NCBI GenBank assembly: GCA_030829985.1
Contig: JAURNW010000013.1
Coordinates: 35,469-99,468, forward strand
DNA: 64,000 bases
Reading direction: 5' to 3'
Origin: Gammaproteobacteria bacterium
GTDB taxonomy: Bacteria; Pseudomonadota; Gammaproteobacteria; Eutrophobiales; Eutrophobiaceae
Shown here: piece by piece, positions 21,357 to 31,249 of the stretch
Layout of the letters: each line of letters starts with the position of its first letter
Position numbering within the stretch: the stretch's first letter is position 1
Program-made: the position numbers and the translations under genes
Notes under the pieces: model-generated
The model's database searches: none
Told to the model about the DNA's origin: nothing
Seen by the model: the letters and a program-made list of their open reading frames with translations, nothing else

Positions 21357-21734
21357 AATATATTTAAATCTTGGATCTTCTGGCGTTCCCTCCAAAGCAC
21401 TTCCTTCTTCTGATGCTGGTTGCCATTGAATAACTTCCTCAATTTTTTTAGCTAACTCAAAATCTTTTTCCGTAATTCCTTTTGCTGCATGATTCATAAG
21501 CTTCACAATAACAAAGGCATAAGAAACTGTAAGGTCTGGATGATGCCAGGCTGATTCTGCCAAATGACCTACTGTGTTAACTACCATTAACGTGGCTTTC
21601 CAACCGCTGGTTTTAAACTTACGACGTATCCAACCACCTTCTAAATTCCATAATGGTAGTTCTTCTTTTAAACGTGCTTCTACTTCTTCATCCGTGTAAG
21701 TTTCGTCTTTTTCTTTTTTACGCCACTGCGCCAT
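21345..21734 (-). CDS. Pterin-4-alpha-carbinolamine dehydratase (PcbD/PhhB type of H4MPT clusters)
   Basis: AESAWHHPDL, HAAKGITEKDFELA; likely start MAQWRKK after a GAGGAG RBS. Confidence 0.9.
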   Translation of the reverse strand: MAQWRKKEKDETYTDEEVEARLKEELPLWNLEGGWIRRKFKTSGWKATLMVVNTVGHLAESAWHHPDLTVSYAFVIVKLMNHAAKGITEKDFELAKKIEEVIQWQPASEEGSALEGTPEDPRFKYIKYD

Positions 21735-22467
21735 TACTAAACTCCTCTTTTTGATACTCTTTATTATCATAGTTGATATTGTTCTGGTTTGGGATTGGGA
21801 TTGCATTTCTTATTTTTTTTATCTGGGCTGGATCGATTGATTTAACCCGATCATGCCCGGAACAAAGCGCACCACGAAAACCTAAATAATCAGGTTTAAT
21901 TTTCAACAGATGCTTTATATCCTTATGCCCTATAGAACCCGCAAGACCAGTTAACAGGCCAGATGATTTTGCCATTTGTACGAAATTATCCAACACATGA
22001 TAATCAAGCAAGGTACATAAATTTTTATCTGACTTGTCTTTTGTGTCCAGCATGACACCTTTAATATTGCTATCCATTAACACTTCCAATGAACTAAGGT
22101 CGGAAATATTTTCTGCAAACAAGACAATAATTAAATCAATATTTTTTTTTGCCGCATTATTTATCACACTAATAAAATGCTTTGTAGGATATTTATCAAA
22201 CAAACCTACCTTAACAAAATGTACTCCCGTATTAGACATAGCAACAATCTTGTCATATAGAAATTCACTATCAGATTTAATATCACCGACCGTAGCGCTG
22301 GTGAGCACCTTGTCGTTTATTGATGCCACAATTTCAGAAACGATAGTATTATCAAGCGCGCCTAATGCGCCGTCATGTGGGTTTTTCAAATCAATAATGT
22401 CGACTCCCTCATTCAACACGAGACGGGTCTCATCGATAGAAGTCACACTGGCCAACATGCCCGTCAT
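21718..22467 (-). CDS. mfnB: (5-formylfuran-3-yl)methyl phosphate synthase MfnB (DUF556, Orf22-type)
   Basis: MLASV, DIIDLKNP..GALGA, SATVGD, VKVG, MLDTKDK, GLAGS and DYLGFRGALC motifs. Confidence 0.9.
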   Translation of the reverse strand: MTGMLASVTSIDETRLVLNEGVDIIDLKNPHDGALGALDNTIVSEIVASINDKVLTSATVGDIKSDSEFLYDKIVAMSNTGVHFVKVGLFDKYPTKHFISVINNAAKKNIDLIIVLFAENISDLSSLEVLMDSNIKGVMLDTKDKSDKNLCTLLDYHVLDNFVQMAKSSGLLTGLAGSIGHKDIKHLLKIKPDYLGFRGALCSGHDRVKSIDPAQIKKIRNAIPIPNQNNINYDNKEYQKEEFSNGAVA

Positions 22468-23039
22468 ACTGACTTATCCTTTAATGACTCTTTTCTAAAT
22501 ATTTCTATTTTTTCAATTAACCATTTCCATGCAATTTTTTCATTTTCACCCGCAGTTTTATCAATCGCAATCATCAAATATTCAAGCTCTTGATCAATTT
22601 TTTCATTACTAAGCATATGTAATCGACTAACCAGTATAGCGGCTTCCAGAACCGCAGCTTGCGCACGATTAAAACCTTTAAACGGTCTATGTGTAACTTC
22701 ATGAACAGGTTTGCAATAAAAACAAGGTCTTAGGTCATCATCTTCGAATGATTCCAATTGTAGTTCAACATGACTCAGAGCAGCCTGCAAACGAAAATCT
22801 TCAATTTTTTCAGCTGCGCTTAGCGGCCAGTCTTTGCGACCGGTTAGACATCCGGCAAAAATCCTTACATCATCAATACGGTTAATAACGGCAGTATTAT
22901 TACGTAATATATTATCAAGCGTCGCAGATGGTTTGAATGGTGCGATAATAATTTCGCCAGCTTCTTCACGTATACCCATTGGGGCTATGTGGGTAGTCCC
23001 ATCCTTATTAGTGGTTGTTACTATAATTTCCTGAATCAT
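22464..23039 (-). CDS. DUF447 family protein (H4MPT-linked C1 cluster, Orf19-like)
   Basis: EIIVTT...HIAPMG, PFKPSATL, FNRAQAAVLEAAILVSRL; context with mfnB and DHPS-like gene. Confidence 0.85.
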   Translation of the reverse strand: MIQEIIVTTTNKDGTTHIAPMGIREEAGEIIIAPFKPSATLDNILRNNTAVINRIDDVRIFAGCLTGRKDWPLSAAEKIEDFRLQAALSHVELQLESFEDDDLRPCFYCKPVHEVTHRPFKGFNRAQAAVLEAAILVSRLHMLSNEKIDQELEYLMIAIDKTAGENEKIAWKWLIEKIEIFRKESLKDKSV

Positions 23040-24514
23040 TTATTTTTTTTCTTTCTATTGCGAGAGGCTTTTAGAGTACTGCCCTCTTCTTTATATTCTG
23101 CAGTATCCTTCCTTAGATCTTTCATAGTGTGAGCCGCACGAGAATCCAGATCTTTTTGCGCTTCGGTTTTTGTATCTGTGCAGGCTCCCCAATTGAGTTC
23201 TTCATCCTGCATATAATTCTTTCCTAACTGCCATGCAATTTGCGCTTTTGACAATTCTACGCCCATATAAAATGCGTGTGGTGCGTCTTCCTGAAGTAAA
23301 TCCAGTTTTGGAAATAGTTCGAATGGATTAATTTCAGTATTAAAACCATCTCGATTATATACATGAATTCCGTCTTTACTCACTTGAATTCGATAGCTCG
23401 GATCTTTTACTTGTTGTTGAATTTCCCGGATTTCTTCCTCAGTGTAAGGAAAGGGTTTTCGAGCGTGCATGCCTAATAAAGAACCATCAATACCTTTTGG
23501 CAAACTATCATCTTTTCTTGCTGCATACATTAATCGACGAGCTTTATCTGCCTCACGTATAGCAGAACAACAATGCGGACTAACTTCCGTAGCTAATACT
23601 GCATTCAACTGCATTTCAGATATTAAACCAAACAAGATAGCATTAATCCCCGTAGTATCAGCTTCAGTAAGTTCAGTAAGATTACCCACACCCATCATGA
23701 TTTTAATATCCGGGCAATTTTGACGTAACTCATGATAACGTATGATCGATTCTGTAAAACCAAAATGTATCGGATCTAGTATCGCATCTGCATAAAACGG
23801 GCGGCCCCTATCTGAAAACTTCTCAATAGTGCGATAAAGGGATTCCATATCTCCATGTGTTTCCGGGATCAAGATCGGAACAGAATCTACTTCATCGGCA
23901 ATCCACAGCGTAGTTTCTTTAAGGCTAAGTAAATAATCTGCTCCAGCTCGTCCACCACGTATTAAATCCTCTTCTTCCAAAGAATCAATACTGACTTTAA
24001 AGCCTGCGTTATGTAATGCTTGAATTGTTTCTTCTAAATGAGGAAATGAAGTATCTGGTAAACAACCGACATCAATTACGTTGGCACCATCACGACGGTA
24101 TTTTTCTGCCCGATTCAGTATATTATCGATACTAACCATAGGCGCATCGACTATCTCTGCAAAGATCTCAACATTATAGTTATTCAAGTCAGGCGGTTTG
24201 CAATCCCTCCCAAAAAATACAGGGAGGTCTTTTAAGTCGATAGGCCCTCTAATACACTCAATACCCAAAGCTTCTGTCGTCACCGATAAATCTCCGCGAC
24301 ACAGACCAGGGACAATAATTCTATTTACACCCATCAAATCTGATAAACGACGCGTAACCATCTGTGCCGTCATCAATGCCGCTACACTGACACCAATATT
24401 ACGAATCTCATAGGTGAATTCCGTTGGTGCCATCTCTTTAAGGATATTTTCTAATCGCTTTTGAGCCAGTTTACCAGTCAGAAAGAGGATATGTTCTTGA
24501 GTAGTTTTTTGCAT
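23036..24514 (-). CDS. Dihydropteroate synthase-like methanopterin biosynthesis protein (Orf20/DUF6513)
   Basis: FLTGKLA, VAALMT, FAEIVDAP, DVGCLP, GNLTELTEAD, HAFYMGVELSKA and YMQDEEL motifs. Confidence 0.88.
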   Translation of the reverse strand: MQKTTQEHILFLTGKLAQKRLENILKEMAPTEFTYEIRNIGVSVAALMTAQMVTRRLSDLMGVNRIIVPGLCRGDLSVTTEALGIECIRGPIDLKDLPVFFGRDCKPPDLNNYNVEIFAEIVDAPMVSIDNILNRAEKYRRDGANVIDVGCLPDTSFPHLEETIQALHNAGFKVSIDSLEEEDLIRGGRAGADYLLSLKETTLWIADEVDSVPILIPETHGDMESLYRTIEKFSDRGRPFYADAILDPIHFGFTESIIRYHELRQNCPDIKIMMGVGNLTELTEADTTGINAILFGLISEMQLNAVLATEVSPHCCSAIREADKARRLMYAARKDDSLPKGIDGSLLGMHARKPFPYTEEEIREIQQQVKDPSYRIQVSKDGIHVYNRDGFNTEINPFELFPKLDLLQEDAPHAFYMGVELSKAQIAWQLGKNYMQDEELNWGACTDTKTEAQKDLDSRAAHTMKDLRKDTAEYKEEGSTLKASRNRKKKNK

Positions 24515-24721
24515 TGCTGCTGCATTATAAGCAGGCTATGACTAATAACAGAGCACTATTTTATTTTTAAAAATATGGTTTATTTGAACCATATTTCCCG
24601 ATTCAATACATCCAGATGGATAAACCATCATTATATATGATTCAATTATTAACATTAACTTTGTTTTCTATTAATATGTTTTTATTATATTTATTAAATC
24701 TTTTACCTGTAATAATAATGA

Positions 24722-24737
24722 TGGCACGATTATAGCT
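24722..24737 (+). promoter_or_regulatory. Sigma-54 (-24/-12) promoter of pqqABCDE
   Basis: TGGCACGATTATAGCT = GG-N10-GC, about 45 bp before the pqqA ATG. Confidence 0.75.
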
Positions 24738-24782
24738 CTATTAGAGGTAATTATGACAAAACTCACTTTAAGGAGAATCACA

Positions 24783-24857
24783 ATGAAATGGTCAACACCT
24801 GAGTACAACGATATCCGTTATGGCTTTGAAGTCACCATGTATATCAACAATAAATAA
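24783..24857 (+). CDS. pqqA: PQQ precursor peptide PqqA (MKWSTPEYNDIRYGFEVTMYINNK)
   Basis: 24-aa ORF absent from the ORF track; AAGGAG RBS; GFEVTMY with the ExxxY core; directly upstream of pqqB. Confidence 0.97.
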   Translation: MKWSTPEYNDIRYGFEVTMYINNK

Positions 24858-24893
24858 TCCTAGTATTGTTAGATAAGTTTAGAACACCCCTCT

Positions 24894-24925
24894 GCCGGGC
24901 ATATTAGATTATCGATATGCCTGGC
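24894..24925 (+). terminator. Hairpin after pqqA (attenuator or mRNA-stabilising stem)
   Basis: GCCGGGCATAT...ATATGCCTGGC followed by TATTT. Confidence 0.55.
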
Positions 24926-25015
24926 TATTTCCATAGTGTGATGATCATTCGATCTGCACATTTAACTCGTCTATTATTCCGATACAATTTAACAAGAGAT
25001 TAGAACTAAAAGATT

Positions 25016-25930
25016 ATGCATATACATTTATTAGGTACGGGTGCTGGTGGTGGTTTTCCACAGTGGAATTGTAATTGTGATAACTGCAGTAGACTGCGTA
25101 AAGGAACAATAAAGAGTTCTGCCAGAACTCAATCATCTATCACGATTAGTGGCAATGGCGTGGATTGGGTTTTATTTAATGCTTCACCCGATATCCGTGC
25201 ACAGATTGAATCTTTTCCTCCTCTACAACCTGCCCGTCAGGTAAGAGATACCGGAATTTGTTCTATCATTCTCTGTGATGGTCAGATTGACCATACAACA
25301 GGCTTGATAATTCTTCGAGAACACGACAAACCCTGGGATGTTTACTGTACTGAAAGTGTTTATGAAGATATGACAAGCGGTTACCCGATATTCAATATAT
25401 TAGGGCATTTCCGTGGCGTAAACTGGCATGAAGTAAGTACCGAGCAAGTTCCTTTCACAATCCCAAAAGCTGATAATCTAATTTTTACGGCAGTTCCACT
25501 GAAAAGTGAAGCACCACCCTATTCTCCTCACAGACACAATACTGTTCCTGGTGATAACGTCGGTTATAAGGTTGAAGACACCTCAACAGGAAAGAACCTC
25601 TTTTATGCGCCGGGTTTAGGTGAAATAGAAGAGCATGTCTATGAATACATGCAAAATGCCGATGTTGTCTTGGTTGATGGCACCGTCTGGACTAATGACG
25701 AAATGTCACGTCATGGTATTAGCGATAAATTAGCGAGTGAGATGGGTCATCTTGATCAATCCAGTAAAGGCGGCATCAAAGATACATTAAGCAGTCTAAA
25801 AAAACCTCGCAAGATATTGATCCATATCAATAATACTAACCCAATATTAGATGAAGATTCACCTGAACGTAAGCAACTCGATGATGCCGGGATAGAAGTT
25901 TCGTTCGATGGAATGGACATTCATATATAA
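25016..25930 (+). CDS. pqqB: PQQ biosynthesis protein PqqB
   Basis: LGTGAGGGFPQWNCNCDNC, RTQSS, NASPD, IDHTTG and HINNTNP motifs. Confidence 0.97.
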   Translation: MHIHLLGTGAGGGFPQWNCNCDNCSRLRKGTIKSSARTQSSITISGNGVDWVLFNASPDIRAQIESFPPLQPARQVRDTGICSIILCDGQIDHTTGLIILREHDKPWDVYCTESVYEDMTSGYPIFNILGHFRGVNWHEVSTEQVPFTIPKADNLIFTAVPLKSEAPPYSPHRHNTVPGDNVGYKVEDTSTGKNLFYAPGLGEIEEHVYEYMQNADVVLVDGTVWTNDEMSRHGISDKLASEMGHLDQSSKGGIKDTLSSLKKPRKILIHINNTNPILDEDSPERKQLDDAGIEVSFDGMDIHI

Positions 25931-25948
25931 GATTTGGAGATATCATAA

Positions 25949-26671
25949 ATGACAGAAGAAAGAACGCCTTGGACACGTGAAGAATTTGAGGCGCAGCTCC
26001 GTGCAAAGGAAAAGTTTTATCATATTAACCACGAATTTCATCATTTGATGAATGAAGGTGGTCTTGATAAAGAAGCCGTCCAGGGCTGGGTTGCTAATCG
26101 TTTTTATTATCAAACAACGATTCCCATTAAAGATGCTGCCATCATGGCTAACTGCCCGGAACGTGATGTCCGTCGCCAATGGGTGCAGAGAATTATTGAT
26201 CATGATGGTGTCGAAGGAGAGGAAGGCGGCATTGAAGCCTGGTTACAACTGGCTGAAGCCGTCGGTTTGAGTCGCGAAGAAACAACCTCTTATCAACATG
26301 TGCTACCCGGTGTCCGCTTTGCGATTGATGCCTATTTAAACTTTGCCCGACGGGCTACCTGGCAAGAGGCCGCTTGTTCTTCATTGACCGAATTATTCGC
26401 ACCGAAGATTCATCAGAAACGACTGGATAACTGGCCAGAAATATATCCCTGGATTGATGGCAAAGGTTACATCTATTTTAGAAAACGCCTTAAAGAAGCA
26501 CGCCGTGATGTTGAACATGGTTTGCATATCACGCTGGATTATTTCAAGACCCGCGATGAGCAAGAACGTGCTTTGGACATTTTACAATTAAAACTGGATA
26601 TTCTATGGACGATGCTCGATTGCATGTGGATGGCCTACATAGAAAAAAAACCACCTTTTCATAATTGTTAA
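25949..26671 (+). CDS. pqqC: PQQ synthase PqqC
   Basis: [31 protein letters not shown] and [11 protein letters not shown] motifs. Confidence 0.97.
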   Translation: MTEERTPWTREEFEAQLRAKEKFYHINHEFHHLMNEGGLDKEAVQGWVANRFYYQTTIPIKDAAIMANCPERDVRRQWVQRIIDHDGVEGEEGGIEAWLQLAEAVGLSREETTSYQHVLPGVRFAIDAYLNFARRATWQEAACSSLTELFAPKIHQKRLDNWPEIYPWIDGKGYIYFRKRLKEARRDVEHGLHITLDYFKTRDEQERALDILQLKLDILWTMLDCMWMAYIEKKPPFHNC

Positions 26672-26681
26672 GACTATTGTC

Positions 26682-26957
26682 ATGAATATTAATAAAGCTG
26701 ATATCCCGGAAATTGCACCAACATTTCGTTTTCAATGGGAAGAGGTGCAGGATTGTTATGTTGTCCTCTACCCGGAAGGCATGGTTAAGCTTAGTGGAAG
26801 TGCCGGAGAGATCATGAAACGTATCAATGGTGAACATTCCGTTGACACCATAATTAAAGATTTAGAAACCACATTTTCAGAGAACAAGCTTGAAGATGAT
26901 GTCATAAAATTCCTGGAGGTCGCCTATGACACCGGCTGGATTAGAAACAAAAAGTGA
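26682..26957 (+). CDS. pqqD: PqqA-binding protein PqqD
   Basis: [23 protein letters not shown]. Confidence 0.96.
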   Translation: MNINKADIPEIAPTFRFQWEEVQDCYVVLYPEGMVKLSGSAGEIMKRINGEHSVDTIIKDLETTFSENKLEDDVIKFLEVAYDTGWIRNKK

Positions 26958-28092
26958 TTTGAAACCCCCTTTATGGTTACTCGCAGAGTTAACCTATCGG
27001 TGCCCGCTACAGTGCCCCTATTGTTCAAACCCACTTGAGATAGCGAAGTATCAAAACGAGCTCTCTACTGAAGACTGGGTTCGTGTGATGCAACAAGCGC
27101 GTAAGATGGGCGCTGCCCAAATTGGCTTTTCTGGTGGAGAACCGCTAGTACGTCCGGACCTTGAAGAACTGGTGCAGGAGGCAAGACATCTGGGTTATTA
27201 CACTAACCTGATTACGTCCGGTGTCGGCATGGATGAAGCGCGTATTAAACGCCTCAAAGATGCAGGACTGGATCATATTCAAATCAGTTTCCAAGCTAGC
27301 GATGAAGAGTTGAATAACTTTCTCGGCGGCACCAAGACCTTTCAACACAAAAAGGAAATGGCGCGCTTGGTCAAAGCATATGAATACCCCATGGTCCTGA
27401 ACATTGTGATTCATCGCAAAAATATCGATCAGATCCGAGATATTCTTGAGATGACTGTTGAGCTAGATGCCGATTACGTTGAACTAGCCAGTACACAGTA
27501 CTATGGCTGGTCACGCATCAATGTCGATCAACTCCTGCCCACGAGAGAGCAATTAGCTCGCGCTGAAATCGTCGCTAAAGAATATCAGGAAAGAATGAAA
27601 GGTAAGTCTAGAATCATCTATGTGATTCCTGATTATTTTGAAAATCGTCCTAAGCCTTGTATGAATGGATGGGGTGCTATCTTTCTGACTATTGCGCCAG
27701 ATGGTACTGCACTCCCCTGTCATGAGGCAGGACAGTTACCCATCGATTTTCCCAATGTCAAAGAGGTCAGTGTCGAAGAAGCCTGGAAAGATTCACCCGG
27801 CTTTAATCATTTCCGCGGTTTCGAATGGATGAAAGAACCCTGTCGATCTTGCGATGAGAAAGAGAAAGATTTCGGTGGTTGTCGATGTCAGGCATTCATG
27901 ATGACGGGAGATGCGGCTAATACCGATCCAGTCTGTGATAAATCACCCAAACATCAGGAGTTACTGGATGATGTAGAACGTATTGAAAAATTAGCAGCGC
28001 AAGAAGCGGCGCATCAAGTCGAGGCAAAGCCACTGGTCTTTCGAAACATGAAAAATTCTAAACAGATTGTGAAAGAAGCTGCGGACGTATAG
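26926..28092 (+). CDS. pqqE: Radical SAM PqqA peptide cyclase PqqE
   Basis: [19 protein letters not shown]; SPASM cysteines CMNGWG and [13 protein letters not shown]. Confidence 0.97.
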   Translation: MTPAGLETKSDLKPPLWLLAELTYRCPLQCPYCSNPLEIAKYQNELSTEDWVRVMQQARKMGAAQIGFSGGEPLVRPDLEELVQEARHLGYYTNLITSGVGMDEARIKRLKDAGLDHIQISFQASDEELNNFLGGTKTFQHKKEMARLVKAYEYPMVLNIVIHRKNIDQIRDILEMTVELDADYVELASTQYYGWSRINVDQLLPTREQLARAEIVAKEYQERMKGKSRIIYVIPDYFENRPKPCMNGWGAIFLTIAPDGTALPCHEAGQLPIDFPNVKEVSVEEAWKDSPGFNHFRGFEWMKEPCRSCDEKEKDFGGCRCQAFMMTGDAANTDPVCDKSPKHQELLDDVERIEKLAAQEAAHQVEAKPLVFRNMKNSKQIVKEAADV

Positions 28093-28095
28093 CTA

Positions 28096-28917
28096 TTAAC
28101 TATTCAAAATCGCCCAGGCAACATCAGCTGCTTGCCTGTTCGGTTTTACATCATGCACACGAAACATTTTAACACCGGCTTGAACACCCAATGCTGTTGT
28201 TGCTGCTGTCGCGCCTATCAACTCATCGGCTGTATTGACCGTGCATATGCTACCCATGAATCGTTTGCGACTAGTGCCTAATAAAACTGTATAACCTGTT
28301 TTTACAAAAGCATTAAGATTATTTAATAACATCAAGTTATGTTCTTTTGTCTTACCAAATCCTATCCCGGGATCAATAACAATATTATCTTTATCAACTC
28401 CCGCCTTTATACAATCTTCCACTCTGCTTTCCAAAAAATGTTTAATCTCTGAAACAACATCATTATAAGCTGGCTTATTTTGCATTGTTTCAGGTGTACC
28501 TAACATATGCATAATAATGTACGGACAATTCTTATCCGCACACAAATTGATTATCTCCGGATCATCATTGCCGCCTGAAACATCATTAACGATAGAAGCC
28601 CCGGCATCGAGTGCAGCTTCAGCTACTTTTGATCGTGTCGTATCAATGCTTATCTGAACATGTCCTGGTTTAGTCTCACTGATAGCTTTAACTATGTGAA
28701 CAACTCGCTCTATCTGTTCTTCTATACTAATTCGTTCAGAACCTGGCCGTGTAGATTCTCCACCTATATCAATAATATCTGCCCCTTCATCAATCATTTT
28801 CTTGCCATGATTAACAGCGGCCTCTAAATTATTATATTGCCCGCCATCAGAGAAACTATCAGGTGTGACATTAAGGATCCCCATTATTAATGGTCCTTTT
28901 TTATCATGGAGAATCAT
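28096..28917 (-). CDS. folP: Dihydropteroate synthase
   Basis: MGILNVTPDSFSDGG, GGESTRPG, DPGIGFGK, SRKRF and RVHDV motifs. Confidence 0.96.
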   Translation of the reverse strand: MILHDKKGPLIMGILNVTPDSFSDGGQYNNLEAAVNHGKKMIDEGADIIDIGGESTRPGSERISIEEQIERVVHIVKAISETKPGHVQISIDTTRSKVAEAALDAGASIVNDVSGGNDDPEIINLCADKNCPYIIMHMLGTPETMQNKPAYNDVVSEIKHFLESRVEDCIKAGVDKDNIVIDPGIGFGKTKEHNLMLLNNLNAFVKTGYTVLLGTSRKRFMGSICTVNTADELIGATAATTALGVQAGVKMFRVHDVKPNRQAADVAWAILNS

Positions 28918-29858
28918 CTAATGCTGTCTGCCATTTGATCAGTTGCAGAAACAAGCGCATCGATCATCGCTGATTCACCTGCCAAGTGACCAGCATTGGC
29001 AATGATGACTAATTTAGATTTAGGTAATGCTTTATGAACTAGCCAGGATGATTCTGGAAGACACGTTAAATCTTTACGGCCGTGAATAATCGTAATCGGC
29101 ACATCGGGAATTTTTGAAATATTATTGATAATCTGATTTTCGGTTATGAAATATTTATTTATCGCATAATGCATTTCAATTTTTGTTTCATTGATTAACT
29201 TGTCTTCATCACTGATATCAAGCACATATTCGTCAACGAAACTATGCGTCACTATTCTACCGGCCCATAAACCCCATGCTTTGGCCGCAGCTAATTGTGT
29301 TTGTTTATTATCAGAAAAGACACGTTCGTGTAACGATGCTATTAACTGTTCATCTTTACTTATTATAGATATTAGTTTTTCCCAATAGTCAGGAAATATT
29401 TTATTGACTCCTGATTTAGCAAACCAGTCAAAATCACATTGTCTTGCTAGAAAAGAACCACGCAAAATAATTCCTGCTACATGTTCTGAATATTGTTCAG
29501 CATACAGTAAGGCTAATGTTGCACCCCAGGAACCACCAAATAGAACCCATTTATCAATATTTAATTTTTTTCGTATTGCCTCAAGATCATCAAGAATGTC
29601 ATGAGTGGTATTATTTTCTACACAACCGTTTGGTGTTGATCGATTACAACCACGTTGATCAAGTAAAATAATGCGATATTTATCAGGATTGAAATATCGT
29701 CGATGATTCTCATTACAACCGGAGCCGGGGCCTCCATGTAAAAAAATGACAGCGGGAGCCGTCGGATTGCCTACCTGTTCGTAGTATGTTTGATGAGCTG
29801 AATTTGTGTTTAATAAGCCTTTATCAAAAGGCTCACACTCAGGATAGAGGTTTCTCAA
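28914..29858 (-). CDS. pip: Proline iminopeptidase
   Basis: HGGPG, DQRGC.RS, GGSWG and AGH motifs. Confidence 0.93.
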   Translation of the reverse strand: MRNLYPECEPFDKGLLNTNSAHQTYYEQVGNPTAPAVIFLHGGPGSGCNENHRRYFNPDKYRIILLDQRGCNRSTPNGCVENNTTHDILDDLEAIRKKLNIDKWVLFGGSWGATLALLYAEQYSEHVAGIILRGSFLARQCDFDWFAKSGVNKIFPDYWEKLISIISKDEQLIASLHERVFSDNKQTQLAAAKAWGLWAGRIVTHSFVDEYVLDISDEDKLINETKIEMHYAINKYFITENQIINNISKIPDVPITIIHGRKDLTCLPESSWLVHKALPKSKLVIIANAGHLAGESAMIDALVSATDQMADSIR

Positions 29859-29885
29859 TTCGAATAGTATTTATTAGTGGGTAAA

Positions 29886-30833
29886 TTAAATATCGTTAAG
29901 AATTTCCTTTCTTTTAACAGCATATTCCTCTTTTGAGATCAGCTCTTTTTCTAGCAACTGGTCGAGTGTGCTAATTCGTTCTTCAATACTTTTAGCAGAT
30001 GATGATTCGTTATTTCGTTGCTCAACATCTTTTCTAAGTCGTGCCATTTCAGCCCGCATTTCACGTCTTTGTTTAGCGAGCTTTGCTGCTTCGACCTTCA
30101 ATGCCTGGCTTCCTTGCAATTGCGGGTTTTCTCTTTCTTTTTTTCTTGCTACATAAGCTTCTGCAGCTAGTTTAATATCGATTTCAATCCAATCTAGTCG
30201 TGGCTCACCCTTAATTACCTTTTGGGCTACCCCAGTAACACCAATAATACTATCCTTAAAATGATTGGATTTTTTATCACGATACCCATGACTAAAATTA
30301 TAATTAACCTCTCCTCTACCTGAAGGGTCGAGTTCTTTTTCCATCGCTTCACTTCGTACTAAATCATATTCGCCAATAATAATATTAAGTTTACCTGCTT
30401 TATAAAATACCCGACCGGTTGTGTATGATTTTTTTGTTAAAACAAGCAGTTTCCTACTACTTCCGCCAATCGCAAAAATAATATCTTGCGTTGCTTTTGC
30501 CTCACTTAGCCCTTTTGAAATATATTCGGCAAGAAGCCGTACTTGTGAATAAGAATAAACAGAAACGATTGATTCGGAACCCAAAATACTTGTATCGGTA
30601 TACTCTAAAGCGGTAAGTGCATCGATAATCTCTTCTTCATCGATTGAAATGGGATGATCGTTTTTACCAAATTTTGAGTCTTCTTGCTCTGCAAGCTTAA
30701 AATAGTTATTTGCTGCACCTTCCCAAATAATCTCTTCATCTCCACCAAACCAGCTTACTGCAGAAACACTATTAGTAAAAAATACGAAGGAAATAATAAA
30801 AAAGGATATTAGGTGATTTTGAGTGTTTTTCAT
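29886..30833 (-). CDS. Exported SHOCT-domain protein
   Basis: Signal peptide, coiled coil and C-terminal IEERISTLDQLLEKELISKEEYAVKRKEILNDI SHOCT motif; the longer start at 31058 runs through repeat DNA. Confidence 0.8.
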   Translation of the reverse strand: MKNTQNHLISFFIISFVFFTNSVSAVSWFGGDEEIIWEGAANNYFKLAEQEDSKFGKNDHPISIDEEEIIDALTALEYTDTSILGSESIVSVYSYSQVRLLAEYISKGLSEAKATQDIIFAIGGSSRKLLVLTKKSYTTGRVFYKAGKLNIIIGEYDLVRSEAMEKELDPSGRGEVNYNFSHGYRDKKSNHFKDSIIGVTGVAQKVIKGEPRLDWIEIDIKLAAEAYVARKKERENPQLQGSQALKVEAAKLAKQRREMRAEMARLRKDVEQRNNESSSAKSIEERISTLDQLLEKELISKEEYAVKRKEILNDI

Positions 30834-30944
30834 AAATGAGTAATATTTTAATCGATTGGTAGATTTAGAGTTGATAGCAGGCGTGAAGTTTACATTAAAT
30901 ATAGAATTAATGGAAAATGAATGATTTATTGCATAGTTTTTTGT

Positions 30945-31182
30945 TTTCGTCCTCGGCTTTGTCAATCGCTCTATCGCTTTCCTGCGATTACGATACTTGA
31001 ACATCCTGTTCATCTTCCTGTGTCGCTCTAACTCCTGCATCCATGCAGTCGTGAACAACTGACATAAAATTACATCCCTTTACGCCGTTCTCGGGCTTCC
31101 TCGCTAACTGCTCCCGGCGTTACTCTACCTCCTACTTCCATGTAGTCGTACTCTACACGGCATAAGTACACATTCCATGTAC
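30945..31182. repeat. REP/MITE-like palindromic element cluster
   Basis: Two related copies, GCTCTAACTCCTGCATCCATGCAGTCGT and ACTCTACCTCCTACTTCCATGTAGTCGT, plus several short stems with TCC-containing loops. Confidence 0.6.
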
Positions 31183-31211
31183 AAAAAAAAGGCCTCCGAA
31201 GAGGCCTTTTA
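31183..31211 (-). terminator. Rho-independent terminator of the porin gene
   Basis: A8-GGCCTC-CGAA-GAGGCC-T5. Confidence 0.9.
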
Positions 31212-31249
31212 GTACTTACCAGTTTTCTTCCAACTATAAAATTTTAGTC

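Noticed and set aside
30834-31058. N-terminal extension of the SHOCT protein as given in the ORF track
   Set aside because: It runs through the palindromic repeat element; the signal peptide begins at the Met at 30833.
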